A stretch of 64,000 bases of DNA from IMG/VR virus record IMGVR_UViG_3300002895_000002, positions 64,001-128,000 of that record. One strand, given 5' to 3'. Positions 47,556 to 57,229 of the stretch are shown here, piece by piece. Each line of letters opens with the position of its first letter. Positions within the stretch are counted from its first letter, which is position 1. The notes beneath the pieces are model-generated. The model did no database searches. It saw nothing but the letters and a program-made list of their open reading frames with translations, and had not been told where the DNA came from. Both the position numbers and the translations under genes were made by a program. The DNA comes from a virus. Its lineage: Duplodnaviria > Caudoviricetes.

Positions 47556-49904
47556 ATGGCATTTTCGCTCAGCCCTTCAGTTGATGTGAGAGAGTTCGAT
47601 CTGTCCTTGACGATTCCGAACCTCCCTTCCGCTAAGACCGGCATGGTCCTGCCGGCCGACAAGGGTCCTTGCCTCGCCATCACTGCAATCACCAGTGAAG
47701 CCGACCTTGTCAACAAGTTCGGCAAGCCGACCAAGGACAATTACAAAGAGTGGTTCAACGCATGGAACTTCCTTCAGTATGCATCGAGCCTCTACGTTGC
47801 TCGCCCGCTGCCGCAGGTTGGTGGTGTTCCTGTTGAGAACGCAGCTCTGAAGTTCAACGCTCCAGGCGGGGTTTTTGATTCCGTCAACAATGAGAGCCTC
47901 GGCGATTTCTACAACGAGGAGCTGGCTTTTGGACAGATTGAGAACCAGCATACCATGGTCGCTCTTGACGACCTGATCTTCGTCAATCGTGCTGTTACGT
48001 CAACACAAGACGCTGCTGTTGCTACTTGTTCCGACCCAGCATACTGGAACAGCCCAATCGCTAATGATGTTGCCGCTAAAGGCAAGATTGTTTTCACTGC
48101 CGGCGTTGGTGATTGTGTTGTTGATGCAACCCTGTTGGGTGAAGGTACTCCGAGCAACACCAGCCCGATCGCCACTCGCCCTGTTTATCCGGCTGGCTCT
48201 ACCAAGATCGGAGTGGAAGACGCTTCATTCTTTGCTGTAGGTGACACCTTCATTGTTGGCAACAAGAACATCGTTGTCAAAGATGTTGATGTAGTGAACA
48301 ACATCCTGACAATCTCTCCGGGTCTGCCTGTTGCTGTCGCTCAACTCAAGAAGCTCTCTATCTTCTTTGACTTTACTGCCGGACCGATCCCGGTTGGTGC
48401 AACCACCATTCCGTGTCTTTCAACATCCGGTCTGGTAAACGGAGATAAGGTTGTTGTGTATGATGACAACACCGACCAGAAGATGGAACTGACCGTTGCT
48501 GGATTGACTCCAACTTCGTTCAGTTGTGCTGCTACTACGTTCACCATTGAAGAAGATACTGCCGGATACGTTGTTGGGTCTGACTCATACCTTCGTTCAT
48601 ACGATGCTCTGTATGATTCCGCTCTGGTCAAGACTGTTCAAGCTGGTGGTTCGACTGTCAGCACCTACATCATCGGAACTGGTTCGGTTGTAACGGAAGA
48701 ACTTGTTACCTTCAACGAACTGTTCGAGTTTGAGCCGGACTGGTCCAATGACGAGTTTGTTGTTGTTGTTCTTCAGAAGTCCAATAACAAGTTCGGTCTT
48801 GCTGAGACCTTCACTGGTTCCTACAATGAGACCGCACGTGACTTCAGTGGCCGCAACATGTTCATGGAGTCCGTGATCAACAGCCAGTCCAAGCTCGTGT
48901 ACTGTCTGGTCAAAGAGAACGGCAACAAGGTTGATACTGCTCCTCAGCCGCTGCAGAAGTTTGCTTCTTCCGCTCTTACTGTTGGCGATCCAGTCGGCAC
49001 CAACGACATCATCTTCGCAGAGGACCTCTTCAGAGATCCGGAAGGCTTCGATATCAACATCCTGATTGCCAGCAAAGGCAACCTTAACGGAATGTCCGAG
49101 ATTGCCGAAACCAGGAAAGACTGTGTTGCTATCGTATGTCCGTATCAAGAGACGGACTACATTGGCAAGTCTGCAACTGACGCCTGTGCCAAACTGATTG
49201 AAGAGTTTGGTGTCAAGTCCACAATGACTGGCTCCAGGGACTTCAGCAGATTCGGTACTTACTCCGCAGTATACGGCAACATGAAATACCAGTATGACAA
49301 GTTCAACGACGTCAACCGCTGGGTAGGTGTTGCTGGTGATATCGCTGGTCTGTATGCTGCGATGGATGCAGACAGGGATCCGTGGTGGGCTCCGGCAGGT
49401 CTCGAGCGTGGTAAGATCAAAAACGCTATCAAGCTCGTCATCAACCCGAACAAGCAAAACAGAGACGACCTGTATGTCAACAGCATCAACCCGATCCTGG
49501 GCATCCCGGGTGAAGGCAACGCTGTTGTATGGGGTCAGAAGACTGCAACTGCCAAGCCGAGTGCATTTGATCGCGTCAACGTTCGTCGACTCCTAATAAC
49601 GATCGAGAAGGCTGTTGCAACTGCATCCCGCTACGGTCTCTTCGAGTTCAACGATGCATTTACCCGGTCCAGGCTGTTTGCTCTCATCGACCCGTATCTC
49701 CGCACCGTTCAGGCTCGCCGGGGTGTTTATGACTTCCTGGTTGTCTGTGATGAAAGCAACAACCCGGCAACTGTGATTGACGCTAACGCGTTGGTTATCG
49801 ACGTTTACCTGAAGCCGACCAAGGTAGCAGAATTCATCCAGATAAATATGAAAGTAACAAGGACGGATGCTAACTTCCAAGAAATTGTCGGTCAAGCCCC
49901 ATAA
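47556..49904 (+). CDS. gp18: tail sheath protein
   Basis: SPSVDVREFDL, FGKPT, W.APAGLERG, WGQKT, FDRVNVRRL and EFND.FTR. Confidence 0.97.
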   Translation: MAFSLSPSVDVREFDLSLTIPNLPSAKTGMVLPADKGPCLAITAITSEADLVNKFGKPTKDNYKEWFNAWNFLQYASSLYVARPLPQVGGVPVENAALKFNAPGGVFDSVNNESLGDFYNEELAFGQIENQHTMVALDDLIFVNRAVTSTQDAAVATCSDPAYWNSPIANDVAAKGKIVFTAGVGDCVVDATLLGEGTPSNTSPIATRPVYPAGSTKIGVEDASFFAVGDTFIVGNKNIVVKDVDVVNNILTISPGLPVAVAQLKKLSIFFDFTAGPIPVGATTIPCLSTSGLVNGDKVVVYDDNTDQKMELTVAGLTPTSFSCAATTFTIEEDTAGYVVGSDSYLRSYDALYDSALVKTVQAGGSTVSTYIIGTGSVVTEELVTFNELFEFEPDWSNDEFVVVVLQKSNNKFGLAETFTGSYNETARDFSGRNMFMESVINSQSKLVYCLVKENGNKVDTAPQPLQKFASSALTVGDPVGTNDIIFAEDLFRDPEGFDINILIASKGNLNGMSEIAETRKDCVAIVCPYQETDYIGKSATDACAKLIEEFGVKSTMTGSRDFSRFGTYSAVYGNMKYQYDKFNDVNRWVGVAGDIAGLYAAMDADRDPWWAPAGLERGKIKNAIKLVINPNKQNRDDLYVNSINPILGIPGEGNAVVWGQKTATAKPSAFDRVNVRRLLITIEKAVATASRYGLFEFNDAFTRSRLFALIDPYLRTVQARRGVYDFLVVCDESNNPATVIDANALVIDVYLKPTKVAEFIQINMKVTRTDANFQEIVGQAP

Positions 49905-49924
49905 CATCGACAATAATTCATAAG

Positions 49925-49969
49925 TTGATAAAAATCCTCCTTGTGTTATAATAAACAAGGAGGATTTTT
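49925..49969 (+). promoter_or_regulatory. promoter in the loop of an RBS-sequestering hairpin
   Basis: TTGATA(49925)-16 nt-TGnTATAAT(49947); IR AAAAATCCTCCTTGT/ACAAGGAGGATTTTT, whose 3' arm contains the SD. Confidence 0.7.
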
Positions 49970-49970
49970 T

Positions 49971-51668
49971 ATGGCCTGGAATGCTCAAAAATATAAAGAA
50001 ATAGTAGATGAGATTTTGTCCAATGATACCATTATCCCAGCATCAGAAGAAGAATTAAAAAATCACATAATAAAAAATAATTTAGAAAAAGATCCTGCGA
50101 ATATCAAGAAAAAAATAATAAATTATCCATCAATATTCAAATCGTTTATTATACTGCAACAGAAATTTGGAAATGAAACTATCCGAAGAATTTTGGAGCA
50201 AAATTTCAATCCATTTTTTTGTTCATGTGGCTCTGAGATTGCGTTTGGAAAAACACTTTGTTCAAGATGTGCAGGTATACAAACAAAAAAAGGATGGAAA
50301 GAAAATAATAAAATCATAAACATTGATGAATTATATAATTTACTTAATAATATCAAAAATAATAATTCAATGTCTCAGGAAATCATCAAACAGGGACTCT
50401 TATCTAGTCTAATTACTCATACATCTTTTTTGCCAAATTCAGCAAAGATTACAGAACGATGTTTCTGTATATTAAACCATATATCTTCTATTCAATTGTG
50501 TAAATGTGGTGCTCCTTTATCATTTTCTACTTTTAAGAAAGGATATAGATCTACATGTTCAAAAGTATGTAATGGGAAAATATCCAAAGGAAGAAATCAA
50601 ACTAAGAAGAAAAATCAGGGTTGGGAAACACTAAACAAAAAATATAACGACAATTCAACAATGAATATCATATCACCCGCTATTGATTTTTTTGATTCTA
50701 GAAAAATTACAATCAAATGTTCAAAATGTGGGTTTGAAGAACAATGGCAATATTTAGGATCTACATATTCAAAAAATTGTCCCAAGTGCACAAAAAATGG
50801 AGTTTCTTTTCCCGAAATTCAGCTAACTGAATTTCTTACGGAACATAATATCAGAGTTGAACGGGGGTTGAAAAAGAAATTTGGTCATAACGAAATTGAT
50901 CTTTTTCTTCCAGAATACAATCTTGGGATCGAATACAATGGTTTATTCTACCATTCTGAATATAATGGAGGGAAAGACCGAAGATATCATATCAACAAAA
51001 CAATAGCAATGGAAAATTGCGGATTTCAATTGCTTCATATATTTGAGGATGAATGGATTTATCACCAAGAAATAGTTAAGTCAATGATTTTATCAAAAAT
51101 AGGGAAACTTTCAAATCGAATATATGCAAGAAATACAATACCATCCATTCTAACATCCAAAGAAAAATCATTATTTCTTAATGAAAATCATATTCAAGGA
51201 AATGACCAATCATCAATAGCAATAGGTCTAAAAGACAAGACGGGAAATATTGTTGCTGTTGGTACATTTGGAAAAAGAAAACTAGGACAAAATAAAAATC
51301 CAGATTGGGAATTGATAAGATTTTGCAATATGATAAATACTAATGTTATTGGTGGAATGAGTAAAGTTATATCTGAATTTTTCAAAATAAATCCCGAAAT
51401 TAACAAACTTATTTCATATGCTGACAGACGATGGAGCACTGGAAAATCATATCTGAAAATTGGGTTTGAGCTAGTATCAGTAACACCACCAAATTATTGG
51501 TATGTCAAAGGGCAAAAAAGAATACATAGAAGTGCTTTCATGAAGAGCACATTACATTCAAAACTAAAAGATTTTGATCCACAGAAAACCGAATGGGAAA
51601 ACATGATTATAAATAATTATGATCGAGTATGGGATTGTGGATCGATGAAATTTATTCTAACCAAATAA
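49971..51668 (+). CDS. large putative homing endonuclease (Zn ribbons plus DUF559-like PD-(D/E)XK domain)
   Basis: EIDLFLPEYNLGIEYNGLFYH, IFEDEW, ARN, RFC..V.GG.SK and R.WDCG; very AT-rich. Confidence 0.8.
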   Translation: MAWNAQKYKEIVDEILSNDTIIPASEEELKNHIIKNNLEKDPANIKKKIINYPSIFKSFIILQQKFGNETIRRILEQNFNPFFCSCGSEIAFGKTLCSRCAGIQTKKGWKENNKIINIDELYNLLNNIKNNNSMSQEIIKQGLLSSLITHTSFLPNSAKITERCFCILNHISSIQLCKCGAPLSFSTFKKGYRSTCSKVCNGKISKGRNQTKKKNQGWETLNKKYNDNSTMNIISPAIDFFDSRKITIKCSKCGFEEQWQYLGSTYSKNCPKCTKNGVSFPEIQLTEFLTEHNIRVERGLKKKFGHNEIDLFLPEYNLGIEYNGLFYHSEYNGGKDRRYHINKTIAMENCGFQLLHIFEDEWIYHQEIVKSMILSKIGKLSNRIYARNTIPSILTSKEKSLFLNENHIQGNDQSSIAIGLKDKTGNIVAVGTFGKRKLGQNKNPDWELIRFCNMINTNVIGGMSKVISEFFKINPEINKLISYADRRWSTGKSYLKIGFELVSVTPPNYWYVKGQKRIHRSAFMKSTLHSKLKDFDPQKTEWENMIINNYDRVWDCGSMKFILTK

Positions 51669-51681
51669 AGGAGATTTTACA

Positions 51682-52200
51682 ATGGCAGATATCAAACTGG
51701 ATAGCTTCAGAAACAACCTGAAGGACCTTGCCCGTCCGAACCGGTTTCTGATGATCTTTACCAGGAGCTCAGACGAGACTCTTTCCTATCTGGCGAAAGG
51801 TGCTCAGCTCCCGGGTAGGGTGATTGACGAGATTCAGGCAAACTGGCAAGGAATGCAGGCAAAGATCGCAGGCGACCCGACCTTCAACGACTTCACTGTT
51901 ACCTTCATCAACGACTATGAGCTCAAGGCTCGCAAGTTTGTCGAGAAGTGGCTCGAAGACATCGCCGCTATGTCGACCAACGTTCGTTCAGCTCCCAGCT
52001 CAGCTGTCGCTGGTCATCACCTGGATCAAGGGTGTAGGGTTCAGCAGCTTGGGCGGACTGGTGAAGTGCTTCGTGAGTACAAGCTGGTCAATGCATGGCC
52101 GGCAGACATGGCTGACATCGATCTGAACATGGACAGCACGTCGCAGATGGCGGAGTTCACGGTTACGTTCAAATATGACTACTTCGAGGTTGTCAAGTAA
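51682..52200 (+). CDS. gp19: tail tube protein
   Basis: ARPNRF, LPGR, AGD.TF..FTVTF.ND, Y.L..AWP and F.VTF.YDY. Confidence 0.92.
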   Translation: MADIKLDSFRNNLKDLARPNRFLMIFTRSSDETLSYLAKGAQLPGRVIDEIQANWQGMQAKIAGDPTFNDFTVTFINDYELKARKFVEKWLEDIAAMSTNVRSAPSSAVAGHHLDQGCRVQQLGRTGEVLREYKLVNAWPADMADIDLNMDSTSQMAEFTVTFKYDYFEVVK

Positions 52201-52228
52201 CCAGGACACGTCACAACATTCGGCAGGA

Positions 52229-52260
52229 AAGAAAGGGGTTTCTTTAGCCCCTTTTCTCTT
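52229..52260 (+). terminator. probable intrinsic terminator after gp19
   Basis: AAAGAAAGGGG..CCCCTTTTCTCTT. Confidence 0.55.
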
Positions 52261-52287
52261 GATAAATAACATAGAACTGGAGGAAAA

Positions 52288-53241
52288 ATGAGACGGTCAT
52301 TCATCTACGCATTCATCTTGATTTTGTTTCTGTGTTCGCTCCCTTCACAAGCAGGGCCCAGGAAAGATCTGATTGCAATAATATTCCCAAGCAATGTCAA
52401 AGAGCATCTAACATCAATGACTGAAAATAGTGTTCTTGGTTGTTGCTTTCTCGGCAAGTTCAACGAGTACACCATCCGAACGTTTTTTTATGATGCTCAT
52501 ATCGACAGCCTGGATATTAGTCAATATAAAGCTAAGAAAATTGTTGAACGAATTACTCAAATCAAACCGAAGATGGTTGTTGTTTACAGCGATCAAACAT
52601 TTACCGATATAGCAGTTCCTTATCTTTACGGAAAGGTTCCTGTGGTTTTCGTAGGTGTGCATAAAGATATAGTTGACAAGAGTGGTGTTGATAAAAAACT
52701 ACTCACTGGAAGTGTAATCGACCACAATAAAGTCAATATTATAGAAAACTTATTTTCCAGTAGAAATATCAACATTTCTGGATGGACTATTCTTTACTCA
52801 AATGATCGGATATCAAAAACCGAACTTTCCATGCTACAACCAACTCTCAAAAATTCAACAACCATCCTAATAAATAACGCTCAAGATCTAAAAAGAACAT
52901 TACACGATCTAAATAAGAAAAAACCAATGTTTCTGGTAAGTCTTATTCATCAGCTGGATGACGTTGATCGTATAAATAAACTTTACCGTGATGACATAAC
53001 AAAAATCATCGTTCAATATAACAACAAGCATCCAGAAATATCATTTCATCAAGATTATGTCTATAATGGGTATATGCTTTCTATTACTCACCGAAATCAT
53101 GTAGGGTGTAAAAATGAAAGTATCGACTTTGGGTCATACAAAATATTCAATGAAGAACTGTTGATAAATAGAAATAGAGCCATTGAACTTGGATTTGACG
53201 ACCTATTCGACCAGCTCGATTATATAGATGAGGTTATATAG
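52288..53241 (+). CDS. exported substrate-binding-protein-like protein
   Basis: Signal peptide; PKMVVVYSD..VPVVFVGV..TGSV resembles the ABC substrate-binding (periplasmic binding) fold. Confidence 0.5.
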   Translation: MRRSFIYAFILILFLCSLPSQAGPRKDLIAIIFPSNVKEHLTSMTENSVLGCCFLGKFNEYTIRTFFYDAHIDSLDISQYKAKKIVERITQIKPKMVVVYSDQTFTDIAVPYLYGKVPVVFVGVHKDIVDKSGVDKKLLTGSVIDHNKVNIIENLFSSRNINISGWTILYSNDRISKTELSMLQPTLKNSTTILINNAQDLKRTLHDLNKKKPMFLVSLIHQLDDVDRINKLYRDDITKIIVQYNNKHPEISFHQDYVYNGYMLSITHRNHVGCKNESIDFGSYKIFNEELLINRNRAIELGFDDLFDQLDYIDEVI

Positions 53242-53528
53242 TGATTGCCCAAGAAAGGACAAAAAAGTACGTCGAACTGATTTTGATTGTTATTTTCGTG
53301 ATATTCATTGGCGCTAGAGTAATAGGCAATTTTTTTGTTGATTCTAATAAGACAGAGGTAGTCAAAACATTTCCGATCGAGAAAATTAGCAGAGTGTGCG
53401 TAAAGACTTCTGATGTAGAGGAGTGTATTGAACTAGATGGGACTATGGTCAAAGTCTCGCTAGTTAAAGATAACATACAGAATGGCCGGCCAGGAATGGC
53501 ATTATTAATAGAAACGAGGACGAAGTAA
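53241..53528 (+). CDS. small membrane-anchored protein
   Basis: Single N-terminal TM helix. Confidence 0.55.
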   Translation: MIAQERTKKYVELILIVIFVIFIGARVIGNFFVDSNKTEVVKTFPIEKISRVCVKTSDVEECIELDGTMVKVSLVKDNIQNGRPGMALLIETRTK

Positions 53529-54193
53529 TGCTGGAATATTTGGATTTACTCAAGTACATCCTGTCCTCGGACACAATAGCATTCATAGTTGTGATTGCAT
53601 GTGCCTGGATGTATTTGATGAAGTATAAGCCCGCAATGGAGCGGAAGGAAAAACTCGAAAAAGAACTTGAAGTAAAGATTCTGGCAATACCAACGATCGA
53701 AGAAATAACCAAAGTCATAACTGACAATCGAGATGAACTTGCTGAGCTAGCTATTCTTGATTCCCACCGCAAAGAAATCATCAAACAGATCGAATTCCAT
53801 GTGGTTGAACTCAAGAAGGCATTGACCCAGCAGGTAGGGGAGCAGGATACACAACACCGAACCTTTGGTGAAGGCATCAATAAAATTCTAAACTTCATTT
53901 CTATCGCCAAAGACTACATCATCAAATCAGAAAACCGATTGGATGCAATAGAGAAACGTCTGGAGAAGGTAATGATATCCCTTCGAATGACGTATGCTCT
54001 GCTTGACTCTTTTGTTTCAAAAATGGAAGAATCTGGAAATGTAGGCAAAGTCGATAGAAAGTCAATAGATGACTTCCGTGAGAACATCCAAATTACCCAG
54101 GATGAACTCACTGATCTCATGACAGTTATTGGGAAGTTTATGAAGCAATCGAAACAGACCTCCAGGATGGATCGGTTTCTTAACGAGGAATAA
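53528..54193 (+). CDS. single-TM coiled-coil protein
   Basis: TIAFIVVIACAWMYL followed by long heptad helices. Confidence 0.6.
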   Translation: MLEYLDLLKYILSSDTIAFIVVIACAWMYLMKYKPAMERKEKLEKELEVKILAIPTIEEITKVITDNRDELAELAILDSHRKEIIKQIEFHVVELKKALTQQVGEQDTQHRTFGEGINKILNFISIAKDYIIKSENRLDAIEKRLEKVMISLRMTYALLDSFVSKMEESGNVGKVDRKSIDDFRENIQITQDELTDLMTVIGKFMKQSKQTSRMDRFLNEE

Positions 54194-54196
54194 ACC

Positions 54197-55114
54197 ATGT
54201 GTAACTTTGCAGTTGATTTAGCAACATCGATTCTGAATCTGGAGATTCGGAAGAACCGTATACTTGAGAAAGACTCAAAGACAAAAAGACTCTGTCACTG
54301 TCGTAGGGAAATTCTCAAATCGTATATCAAAGCATCAGAGATGTTGTTCGTTAGAACTACTGCGAGGATCATGAAGTTTATTGATGACCACAATCCTCAA
54401 TATGCATCCATCCATGATCCCGATGAACTGAGAGAGTGGTTTCGTTCAGCTACTTATTCATCCATGTATTCCAACCCTTGTGTTAGCAATAAGATGGTTG
54501 TTGTGTTCAAACTCCTCCAGGAAGTCCTTGATGACCATTTCTTTGATTTCTTCCAGGAAAAATATGAGAAGATGATTAATGAAATGGACCCATCCACAAT
54601 ACGAAGTGACTCGAAACTTCCTGTTGTTCGTGATTTTCTCAATGAAATGTCAGAATGGCTCGAAGCATCTGTATTCAACATCCTATCGATTCGTATCGAC
54701 TGTCGTCATATAAGCGATGAAATATACTCAGATTACTATGTTCCGAGAGATACACAATGCTGCACACTGAACAATGAATTAGGAAACTGCTCGTCATGTG
54801 TTTTTGTTGACAACAAAATGACCGACTGTTCTTCACAACATGATTTGATGGTGAATCATGGTGAAGACATTCATTTGTACATAGTAGAAGAAATGCTCGG
54901 AACTGAAGGATGGATGTCAAACTTCTTTACAACCATTAACAAATATCACACCAATATCCAGAATGTTTACTTAATACTCGACTTCAGTCTTTTGGAAACA
55001 GATCAAATTATCAATCAGAAAAACATCGATGCCATAAACAAAGCAAAAGAAATATTCTGCTCTGTCTCATTCTTAGGGTATGCACGAGTTAAAAATATCA
55101 ACGAGGTCATCTGA
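54197..55114 (+). CDS. hypothetical protein
   Basis: 305 aa with scattered Cys clusters. Confidence 0.6.
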   Translation: MCNFAVDLATSILNLEIRKNRILEKDSKTKRLCHCRREILKSYIKASEMLFVRTTARIMKFIDDHNPQYASIHDPDELREWFRSATYSSMYSNPCVSNKMVVVFKLLQEVLDDHFFDFFQEKYEKMINEMDPSTIRSDSKLPVVRDFLNEMSEWLEASVFNILSIRIDCRHISDEIYSDYYVPRDTQCCTLNNELGNCSSCVFVDNKMTDCSSQHDLMVNHGEDIHLYIVEEMLGTEGWMSNFFTTINKYHTNIQNVYLILDFSLLETDQIINQKNIDAINKAKEIFCSVSFLGYARVKNINEVI

Positions 55115-55593
55115 TGTCTTATATCGACGTAGCAAAACAGAGTAACTTCTACCTCCTGTTGAAGGACCGCAAACATGCTGAGTTCTTTGTTCAGGAGGCT
55201 TCTCTGCCTGGATTTACTCTGGCAGATGTTAACGTTCGATTCAACTGGAACCTTGTCAAACATCCAGGCGATGAAATAACCTGGGATCAACTCACACTGA
55301 CTATTCTGTGTGATGAGGATCTCAAGGCATGGACTGACATTTTTGATCTCATCTGTACCCTCAAAGACCCCGTCAAGAATACTATGGAGCTGAATGTTCC
55401 GATTTTTGATGCAGTTCTGCTCTGGACTACGAACAAGAAGAATATCGCATTTGAAATAACGTTCCACGATGCATGGTTCAGCTCATTGAGTGCTCTTCCA
55501 CTAACTCACCAAACCCTGGATGATGATCCGATTACATTCACTGCAGATTTATTCTACAACTATTATACTATAAAAAAGAAAGAGGTAGCATAA
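55114..55593 (+). CDS. gp3: tail completion protein gp3-like
   Basis: FFVQEASLPG, PGD.I.WDQL.LT.LCDEDL..W and F.A.LFY motifs. Confidence 0.8.
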   Translation: MSYIDVAKQSNFYLLLKDRKHAEFFVQEASLPGFTLADVNVRFNWNLVKHPGDEITWDQLTLTILCDEDLKAWTDIFDLICTLKDPVKNTMELNVPIFDAVLLWTTNKKNIAFEITFHDAWFSSLSALPLTHQTLDDDPITFTADLFYNYYTIKKKEVA

Positions 55594-55605
55594 AGGATCG
55601 AACGA

Positions 55606-56079
55606 ATGAATGGAAACAAGTATTATTCCATCGTGGATATGTTCCCGCATCTCAAAAATCCCGAACGATACGTTGGAACCCGCCCAATCACCCTCCGCTC
55701 TGGATGGGAAATCAAATTTGTAACATCCTTCCTCGATTCAAACCCAAGTGTGGTGCAATGGTCCTCTGAGTCTGTTGTCCTTCAGTATTTCTATCCTGTT
55801 GACAAAAAGTGGCATCGATACTTTACTGACTTCTGGGCCCGGATGCGTCAAGAAGATGGAAGCTACAAAGACTTTCTGATTGAAATCAAGCCATACTCTC
55901 AAACTCAACAACCAAAAGAACCTAAACGAAAGACTAAGGGTTACGTCAACCAAGTCCACACCTACATCAAAAATCAAGCGAAGTGGGATACCGCTCGAGC
56001 ATACTGTGCAGAACAAACCCGAGTTGGTAAGCCGACGGAATTTTTGATCCTCACAGAAAAAGACATCCCAGGTGTCTAA
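55606..56079 (+). CDS. gp4: head completion nuclease gp4
   Basis: RSGWE..F, WSSE, HRYFTDF, IEIKP, NQAKW..A and F.ILTE. Confidence 0.92.
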   Translation: MNGNKYYSIVDMFPHLKNPERYVGTRPITLRSGWEIKFVTSFLDSNPSVVQWSSESVVLQYFYPVDKKWHRYFTDFWARMRQEDGSYKDFLIEIKPYSQTQQPKEPKRKTKGYVNQVHTYIKNQAKWDTARAYCAEQTRVGKPTEFLILTEKDIPGV

Positions 56080-56127
56080 TTTCTAATTTCTAACTGATTT
56101 TGATAAATAAATCAGGAGGAAATAGTA

Positions 56128-56778
56128 ATGAGACAACCACACAGTGAAGAAACAAAAGAAAAAATAAGACAATCCCTTCTTGGTAGAAAACATTCAGAAG
56201 AAACTAAGGAGAAAATCGGAAAATCTTCTCAGGGTAGAATTCATTCAGAAGAAACTAAAGAGAAGATGAGAAGCCATAAACGATCTGAGGAAACGAAAGA
56301 GAAAATCAGACAATCTCGTTTAGGAAAACCACTACCCGAAGAAACTAAGGAAAAATTACGGGGTCAAAAAAGATCTGAGGAAACGAAAGAGAAAATCAGA
56401 CAAGCAAGACTGGGTACCAAAAGTTCTGACGAAACCAAAGCAAAAATTAGTGCAGCTACAAGTGGATCCAAAAATCCAATGTATGGAAAAGTAGGTGCAA
56501 TGAAAGGTAAGCCTAGTGCAAAAGGCTTTCTCGGAAAGAAACATACAAAAGAAACAAAACAACAAATGTCAAAGAATAATAAAGGTAAGATATTATCACC
56601 GGAAACAAGAGCAAAAATTCAATCATCTACTATTCATCATATGAGTCAACTTACTGATGATGAATTCAAGAAGTATATCCCCAAACCCAAATCAGAAAAT
56701 GATGCCATTGAATTAATCAATCAACCACAGGATATTGAATTATGGGATGACATTTGCTCCCGTATTTTCAACTTATAA
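56128..56778 (+). CDS. NUMOD3-repeat protein lacking a recognisable nuclease domain
   Basis: About 8 (H/R)SEETKEKI repeats starting right after Met; ATAAATA at 56103 and GGAGG RBS. Confidence 0.7.
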   Translation: MRQPHSEETKEKIRQSLLGRKHSEETKEKIGKSSQGRIHSEETKEKMRSHKRSEETKEKIRQSRLGKPLPEETKEKLRGQKRSEETKEKIRQARLGTKSSDETKAKISAATSGSKNPMYGKVGAMKGKPSAKGFLGKKHTKETKQQMSKNNKGKILSPETRAKIQSSTIHHMSQLTDDEFKKYIPKPKSENDAIELINQPQDIELWDDICSRIFNL

Positions 56779-56796
56779 ATAGAGTGGGAGATTACA

Positions 56797-57219
56797 ATGG
56801 CCAAACCTTCAAAAATATCTCATTCAAGCATGTACTATTTCCGGTATGTTCATCCTGCTGGAGAAGGAAAACTCAACGTCTTTGACAAGGCTCCGTTGGT
56901 TATTCCGCTCGACTGGAACCGGAAATCCATGCTCGCTGTCAACGTTCACTGGCTGCCCCGGGGAACTAGAATGAAACTCATTCAACAAGTCCTTGCTGTT
57001 GCTGAACAGAGACGAAATGGTAAAAAACTTCCGAAGTTGCTTTACAGCATGGTTAAGTATGACCCGAACTTTCGGTTTGCTATGCAAGCAATTCGTCGGT
57101 ACCATATAGGCAGGATTACAAATTGGACAGAAATTCCACCAGAGAAATGGGAACATGCTCTGGGTGTTACACGATTCAGGGCCCGGAAAGCATATAAAGC
57201 AAAAGGCTACCGTATATAA
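56797..57219 (+). CDS. gp2: DNA end protector protein gp2-like
   Basis: MYYFRY, FDKAPLVI, .AVNVHWLP...R, IRRY and P..W motifs. Confidence 0.8.
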   Translation: MAKPSKISHSSMYYFRYVHPAGEGKLNVFDKAPLVIPLDWNRKSMLAVNVHWLPRGTRMKLIQQVLAVAEQRRNGKKLPKLLYSMVKYDPNFRFAMQAIRRYHIGRITNWTEIPPEKWEHALGVTRFRARKAYKAKGYRI

Positions 57220-57229
57220 AGGACAGATC

